Both the position numbers and the translations under genes were made by a program. The notes under the pieces are model-generated. The model did not search any database and was not told the DNA's origin. It saw only the letters and a list, made by a program, of their open reading frames with translations. Positions 8,747-12,639 of a stretch of 12,639 nt of DNA are shown here, one piece after another. Source of the DNA: Methanothermococcus sp. SCGC AD-155-E23 (lineage in GTDB: Archaea > AGJL01 > Methanococci > Methanococcales > Methanococcaceae); NCBI GenBank assembly GCA_019561615.1, contig JAHEQA010000013.1, forward strand, positions 12,926 through 25,564, written 5' to 3'. Position 1 is the first letter of the stretch, and each line of letters starts with the position of its first letter.

Positions 8747-9166
8747 TTAGATATCCACTATATACTTTATAACATACTTCCCATTCTCTTTCCCTATCTC
8801 CATCTTGTGGTAGGTGATGGCCTTTACCTCCTCCTTAGGTCTATGTTTCTCCCTGTCCAACTCCTCCCCGTAGGCTATACACTCCAACCTGTATCCATCT
8901 CCTTCCCTCTCTATCCTTATGTGAAAGTCTGAGAATACAATACCCTCACTGTCCCTTATTATTAGAAGCTCTGTTAGGAAGTCGTAGAGGAGACTGTAGA
9001 GATCTTCAGACTTAACACTTATCTTCCTCTCAATCTTTTTCTCAACAGAATCAATATCTACCATGAGGTCCATGAGGGCCCTTGCAGCCTCTCTAAATGC
9101 CTCCTCAAGGGTTTCTCCCTCTGCAACAACTCCCATATCTGCAGTAGTCCCAAAGTATCTATACAT
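8747..9166 (-). CDS. Archease (cofactor of the tRNA-splicing ligase RtcB)
   Basis: Motifs TTADMG, G.TLEEAF, LLYDFLTELL, EVKAITYH and terminal VDI. Start revised from 9190 to ATG 9166 (MYRYF, 139 aa), whose SD AGGTGA overlaps the upstream TGA stop. Confidence 0.93.
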   Translation of the reverse strand: MYRYFGTTADMGVVAEGETLEEAFREAARALMDLMVDIDSVEKKIERKISVKSEDLYSLLYDFLTELLIIRDSEGIVFSDFHIRIEREGDGYRLECIAYGEELDREKHRPKEEVKAITYHKMEIGKENGKYVIKYIVDI

Positions 9167-9170
9167 GGGA

Positions 9171-10712
9171 TCACCTATCCTCCTTCTCAATTAACCAGTT
9201 TCCCAGTAGCAGGGCATCACCTACTGTCCTAAAGGTCCTTATACCCTCTAACTCTGTACATACTATAGGTTCCCCGTGGATGTTAAAACTTGTATTTAAA
9301 ACCACTGGGAGATCTATAGACTGGTATAGGTAATTTATAGTGTCATAGTACACCTTGTTGAAATCCCTCTTTAGGGTCTGGGGCCTTGTTGTGTTGTCCA
9401 CATGTACCACACCCTCTATCCTCTCCCTCATCTCCTCCCTTACTTCAAAGACCATGGTCATAAAGGGACAGTATTTAGGATCTACTAGATAGTCCTCCAC
9501 ATGTTCATAGAGTATGGTAGGTGCAAAGGGCATAAAGCTATCCCTTCTCAGTAGTTTACTAAGTCTTTCCCTGTTCTCCCTGGTAGGTAGTGCCACAATA
9601 CTCCTGTTTCCCAGGGCCCTTGGACCAAACTCCATCCTCCCCCTACATATACACAGGATCTTATCCTCTAGAAGGAGGTTTCCCAGGGTTTCAGCTATCT
9701 CCCCCTCCTCTAGATAGGTGGTCTTATAGCCTCTAAGGTATCCCCTCTCTATCAGCTCCTCCACCCTCTCATCTAAGATGTTGTAACCAAGATAGGTATC
9801 CCTTAACTTCACATCCCCCTTTATCTGCAGGAGGGAGGAACCTACTGAGAGACCCTCATCCCCCATGAAGGGAGGTACATATAGGTCGTATATCTCCCCT
9901 ATCCTCCTGTTCAACTTTACATTCTGAGCTACACCTCCACTGAAGACCACCTTGTCAATACCTGTCTCCTCTGAGAAGTCTTTTATCATCTTTAATACAA
10001 CATCCTCAAGTACCCTCTGGGCGTACTTCGCCACCCTTACCTTCCCTGTGAAATCCATATTCCTAGGATCTATGTTAAAACCCTGGAGTATTCTCCTTAG
10101 AGCCTTTGTGGATTCCTGTCCAACAACCCCAAGATAATTCTTAAAAGACTTTATCCTACTGTCGTAGTCTATAATAACTCCCATGTCCAACTCCTCACCA
10201 GGATAACTGGAGAGGCACATCACCTTACCCTCATCCTCCATAGGCTTAAAACCTAGCACTTCAGTAATGGAGGCGTAAAAGTCACCGAGGGAGTCTATAA
10301 TATCACTCTGGGCAAGAATCTCCAGACCCTTCTTACTACCTATGGAGACCGTTGCAGAGAGGGCATCCCCTCCACCGTCTATGGTAACAACGAGGCACTC
10401 CCTGAAATCTGAGAGCTTATATAGTGCAGCGTGACATAGGTGGTGATGGAAGTAGAGGATTGGAACATTTAACCTCTCCTGAAACTCTTTTATAGACCTT
10501 AACCTCTTCCCCCTCCTGAACATACCCCCAACTGTGATAAGATCTATATCCCCCCTCCCCTTCTCTCCCAGTATGTAATCTACTGCCTTTGAGGGGAAGC
10601 CCCTCTGGTTCTTCCTCCTTGTAAACCTCTCCTCACTTATGGCGTACTCTATACCTCTCTCTGAAGTTAGGGAGGCGCTACTGTTGTGTCCATCGTGGAT
10701 ACCTAGTATCAT
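9171..10712 (-). CDS. Carbamoyltransferase, NodU/CmcH/TobZ family (Kae1-like plus YrdC-like domains)
   Basis: 513 aa. N domain: GIHDGHNSSA, EERFTR.K, HHLCHA, DGGGD, EGKVM, SGGVAQN, GDEG. C domain: GRMEFGPRALGNRS, PFAP, HVD.T.RPQ, LNTSFN.HGEPIV. Confidence 0.92.
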   Translation of the reverse strand: MILGIHDGHNSSASLTSERGIEYAISEERFTRRKNQRGFPSKAVDYILGEKGRGDIDLITVGGMFRRGKRLRSIKEFQERLNVPILYFHHHLCHAALYKLSDFRECLVVTIDGGGDALSATVSIGSKKGLEILAQSDIIDSLGDFYASITEVLGFKPMEDEGKVMCLSSYPGEELDMGVIIDYDSRIKSFKNYLGVVGQESTKALRRILQGFNIDPRNMDFTGKVRVAKYAQRVLEDVVLKMIKDFSEETGIDKVVFSGGVAQNVKLNRRIGEIYDLYVPPFMGDEGLSVGSSLLQIKGDVKLRDTYLGYNILDERVEELIERGYLRGYKTTYLEEGEIAETLGNLLLEDKILCICRGRMEFGPRALGNRSIVALPTRENRERLSKLLRRDSFMPFAPTILYEHVEDYLVDPKYCPFMTMVFEVREEMRERIEGVVHVDNTTRPQTLKRDFNKVYYDTINYLYQSIDLPVVLNTSFNIHGEPIVCTELEGIRTFRTVGDALLLGNWLIEKEDR

Positions 10713-10718
10713 AATAGA

Positions 10719-11405
10719 TCAACCTACTCCCTCATCCCTTTTCCTCTCCAACTCCCTGTAAAGGAGTGACTGTATCTTGGTTATAAGTCCAGATACCAGG
10801 TAGAGGATGGAGAGTACAATTATACCCTTACCCCAGGGAGTTACAGGGGTAATATCTCCATAACCAACTGTAGTTAGAGATATCACTGTAAAGTAGAAGG
10901 CATCTGCAAAGTTGTTTATACCTGGATTAACCTCGTTCTCTACAAGCCATATAAAACTGGATATTATAAAACTGTAGGTTAAGATGGTGATAAAGTTTAT
11001 CATCTCACGACTAAGTCTTAGATGTTTAAACTTTATAATCCTTAGAAGTACAAGGATCCTAACTGCATTGATTATCCTTAAACTGATTATGGCGTTGGTA
11101 GCCCATATCTGAAGGAGGTAGAGTATAAAGGCTCCAATAACTACGGCATCTATTATATTGTAGATATTTGCCAGAAACCTTAACTTATCCCTGGTACCCA
11201 ATAACTTATAGAGGAAGTGAAGGGAGAGGATAGATATGGATATAAAATCTAGTTTTATAAGGATGTGTTCATAGGGTGGTTGATAGGTTGAGAGGATAAA
11301 AGAGATTAGTATCTCGAGAGTACAGAGTATCCCTATTAACTCAAGGGTGTTGTATACCCTGGGATGATATATACTCTCCCTGAGGGTTTTTAAAGATAGT
11401 CCCAT
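10719..11405 (-). CDS. mvp: Voltage-gated potassium channel, MVP-like (6TM)
   Basis: Selectivity filter TTVGYGD, pore helix DAFYF, S4 LRIINAVRILVLLRIIKFK, about six hydrophobic segments, no cytoplasmic domain. SFILSTY.PPY...L.KLD resembles M. jannaschii MVP (from recall). Start revised from 11444 to ATG 11405 (228 aa) to remove the overlap with frhB. Confidence 0.9.
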   Translation of the reverse strand: MGLSLKTLRESIYHPRVYNTLELIGILCTLEILISFILSTYQPPYEHILIKLDFISISILSLHFLYKLLGTRDKLRFLANIYNIIDAVVIGAFILYLLQIWATNAIISLRIINAVRILVLLRIIKFKHLRLSREMINFITILTYSFIISSFIWLVENEVNPGINNFADAFYFTVISLTTVGYGDITPVTPWGKGIIVLSILYLVSGLITKIQSLLYRELERKRDEGVG

Positions 11406-11411
11406 TATATC

Positions 11412-11434
11412 ACAAAAAAGAGAAAAAAGAGTTT
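11412..11434 (-). terminator. Tandem oligo-T terminator of the frh operon
   Basis: Directly after the frhB TAA the - strand reads AAACTCTTTTTTCTCTTTTTTGT, i.e. two copies of CTCTTTTTT. Confidence 0.65.
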
Positions 11435-12295
11435 TTAATAGCAAATATCAGGGGGGACAGGTAACCCCAACTCCTTCCTATGCTCTATCTCCTTCCTACT
11501 CTTCTCCTTCTTAGTAAGTGCAAGTTTCTTAAGTAGACCTAATCCAAACTTACCCTCATCTACAGGTCTACTTTCCAGATAACCCTCCTCTATCATTTTA
11601 TTGATGATCTCTTCACCCCTCTCATTTCTTATAATTACAGTACTCCATCCATCTGGACTACCTACTGAACCTGTGGAGATATCTGCCAACTCTGCAGTGT
11701 AGTCTGTACATACGTGACAGGAGGACTGCTCGTAGGGATGTGTCTTCTTTAACTTAATAGATTTTACCTCCCCCCATCTTGTATAAACCCAGAATTTACC
11801 CTTTCCAATATCCATCTTAACTACATCCTCAATCTTCACACCACATAGTTCCTCCACTATTATCCTCATACCCATGTATGGAAAGTTCTCCATACAGAAT
11901 ATCCCTACAAGTAGTTTAACCTTATCTATCAGGTGTCTAAATCCCACTGGATACTTAAGTGCCTTCCTTAGGGACAGGATCTGACAGGGTGTACCTACCA
12001 CTCCAACCTTTTCACAGGCATACTCCCTTATAGCACTTTTTAAAACACTGAGATTTGGAGATACTGTATACTTGGTACCTGCCGCCTCCAACACCTCTTC
12101 AGGTGTTGTGGCAACCTTTGGAACAGGTTTAAAACCCTCCTCCTTATCTGCTACTATAACCCCATCGAGGATGTTGTTCTCCAACCCGTATATGAAGACT
12201 ACAGAGACTATACCACCATCCTGACATCTTTCAAGTATCCTCCTATCTGTAGCCCTTGCAGATATTATACTTTTATAGCTTCCCAGGGGGTCCAT
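11435..12295 (-). CDS. frhB: Coenzyme F420-reducing hydrogenase beta subunit
   Basis: 286 aa; motifs [38 protein letters not shown] and [34 protein letters not shown]. Confidence 0.97.
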   Translation of the reverse strand: MDPLGSYKSIISARATDRRILERCQDGGIVSVVFIYGLENNILDGVIVADKEEGFKPVPKVATTPEEVLEAAGTKYTVSPNLSVLKSAIREYACEKVGVVGTPCQILSLRKALKYPVGFRHLIDKVKLLVGIFCMENFPYMGMRIIVEELCGVKIEDVVKMDIGKGKFWVYTRWGEVKSIKLKKTHPYEQSSCHVCTDYTAELADISTGSVGSPDGWSTVIIRNERGEEIINKMIEEGYLESRPVDEGKFGLGLLKKLALTKKEKSRKEIEHRKELGLPVPPDICY

Positions 12296-12303
12296 GGAAT
12301 CAC

Positions 12304-12639
12304 CTAAATCTCTATCCTAGGACATTGGAAGGAGCATACCCCACACTTTACACATAGTTGTGGAGATATTAAGGGCCTTCCATCAACCATCTCTATGGCC
12401 CTAGTTGGACAGGAGGCTGAACAGATACCACATCCCATACATAGGGATTTATTCACAACGTTAATTATCAGATCACATCCACAGGACTCACATTTACATG
12501 CTGCATATCTTCTAAAGGGTTTTAGATACTCCTCATCCCCCTCTATCAATGCGGTAATCACACTTAATATCAACTCTGGAGAGGGGGGGCATCCAGGTAT
12601 TGCCATATCACACCTTATTACCTCTGTAAGTGAGGAGAA
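12304..12639 (-). CDS. frhG: Coenzyme F420-reducing hydrogenase gamma subunit, C-terminal part; gene starts beyond the right edge
   Basis: The frame stays open to the window edge ([22 protein letters not shown]), so the ATG at 12606 is internal. Contains the small-subunit IPGCPP motif and two ferredoxin motifs, [12 protein letters not shown] and [12 protein letters not shown]; directly upstream of frhB. Confidence 0.95.
   Translation of the reverse strand, partial: FSSLTEVIRCDMAIPGCPPSPELILSVITALIEGDEEYLKPFRRYAACKCESCGCDLIINVVNKSLCMGCGICSASCPTRAIEMVDGRPLISPQLCVKCGVCSFQCPRIEI

Noticed and set aside
5551-10137. ORFs 5551-5952, 6518-6709, 7397-7648, 8060-8317, 9514-9717 and 9952-10137
   Set aside because: Each lies opposite a confident gene and shows no protein-family features.
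9171-10721. Selenocysteine read-through at the TGA stops of the carbamoyltransferase and mvp
   Set aside because: Both proteins are complete at these stops, and the TGAs overlap SD-like sequences of the next gene.
1-12639. tRNA/rRNA genes, CRISPR array, IS elements, inteins or frameshifted pseudogenes
   Set aside because: All intergenic gaps are under 90 bp and AT-rich; no spaced repeats or transposase motifs; protein lengths look normal for their families.

Overview
Gene-dense archaeal chromosomal segment from a hydrogenotrophic methanogen. It is most likely Methanococcales, judging by the F420-reducing hydrogenase genes, an MVP-type K+ channel, an HrsM-like LysR regulator, GGTGA-type Shine-Dalgarno (SD) sites and TATA-like intergenic boxes. 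Gene order: 5' part of archaeal gap (-); divergent pdxS and an MTH1187-family gene (+); lysR-ubiX-srp54-dapF (-); a divergent PflX-like radical SAM gene (+); pyrC (-); a small secreted Cys-rich orphan (-); and frhG(partial)-frhB-mvp-carbamoyltransferase-archease-queE (-). I saw no RNA genes, mobile elements or CRISPR arrays, and most of the window is housekeeping. Best leads: (1) a TobZ/NodU-like carbamoyltransferase with apparently altered substrate-binding residues, coupled to two tRNA-maturation genes; (2) an 85-aa exported Cys-rich orphan with an SD-occluding leader hairpin and an operator-like palindrome; (3) an uncharacterised radical SAM gene divergent from an HrsM-like regulator. Family assignments come from recalled motifs, not database searches.
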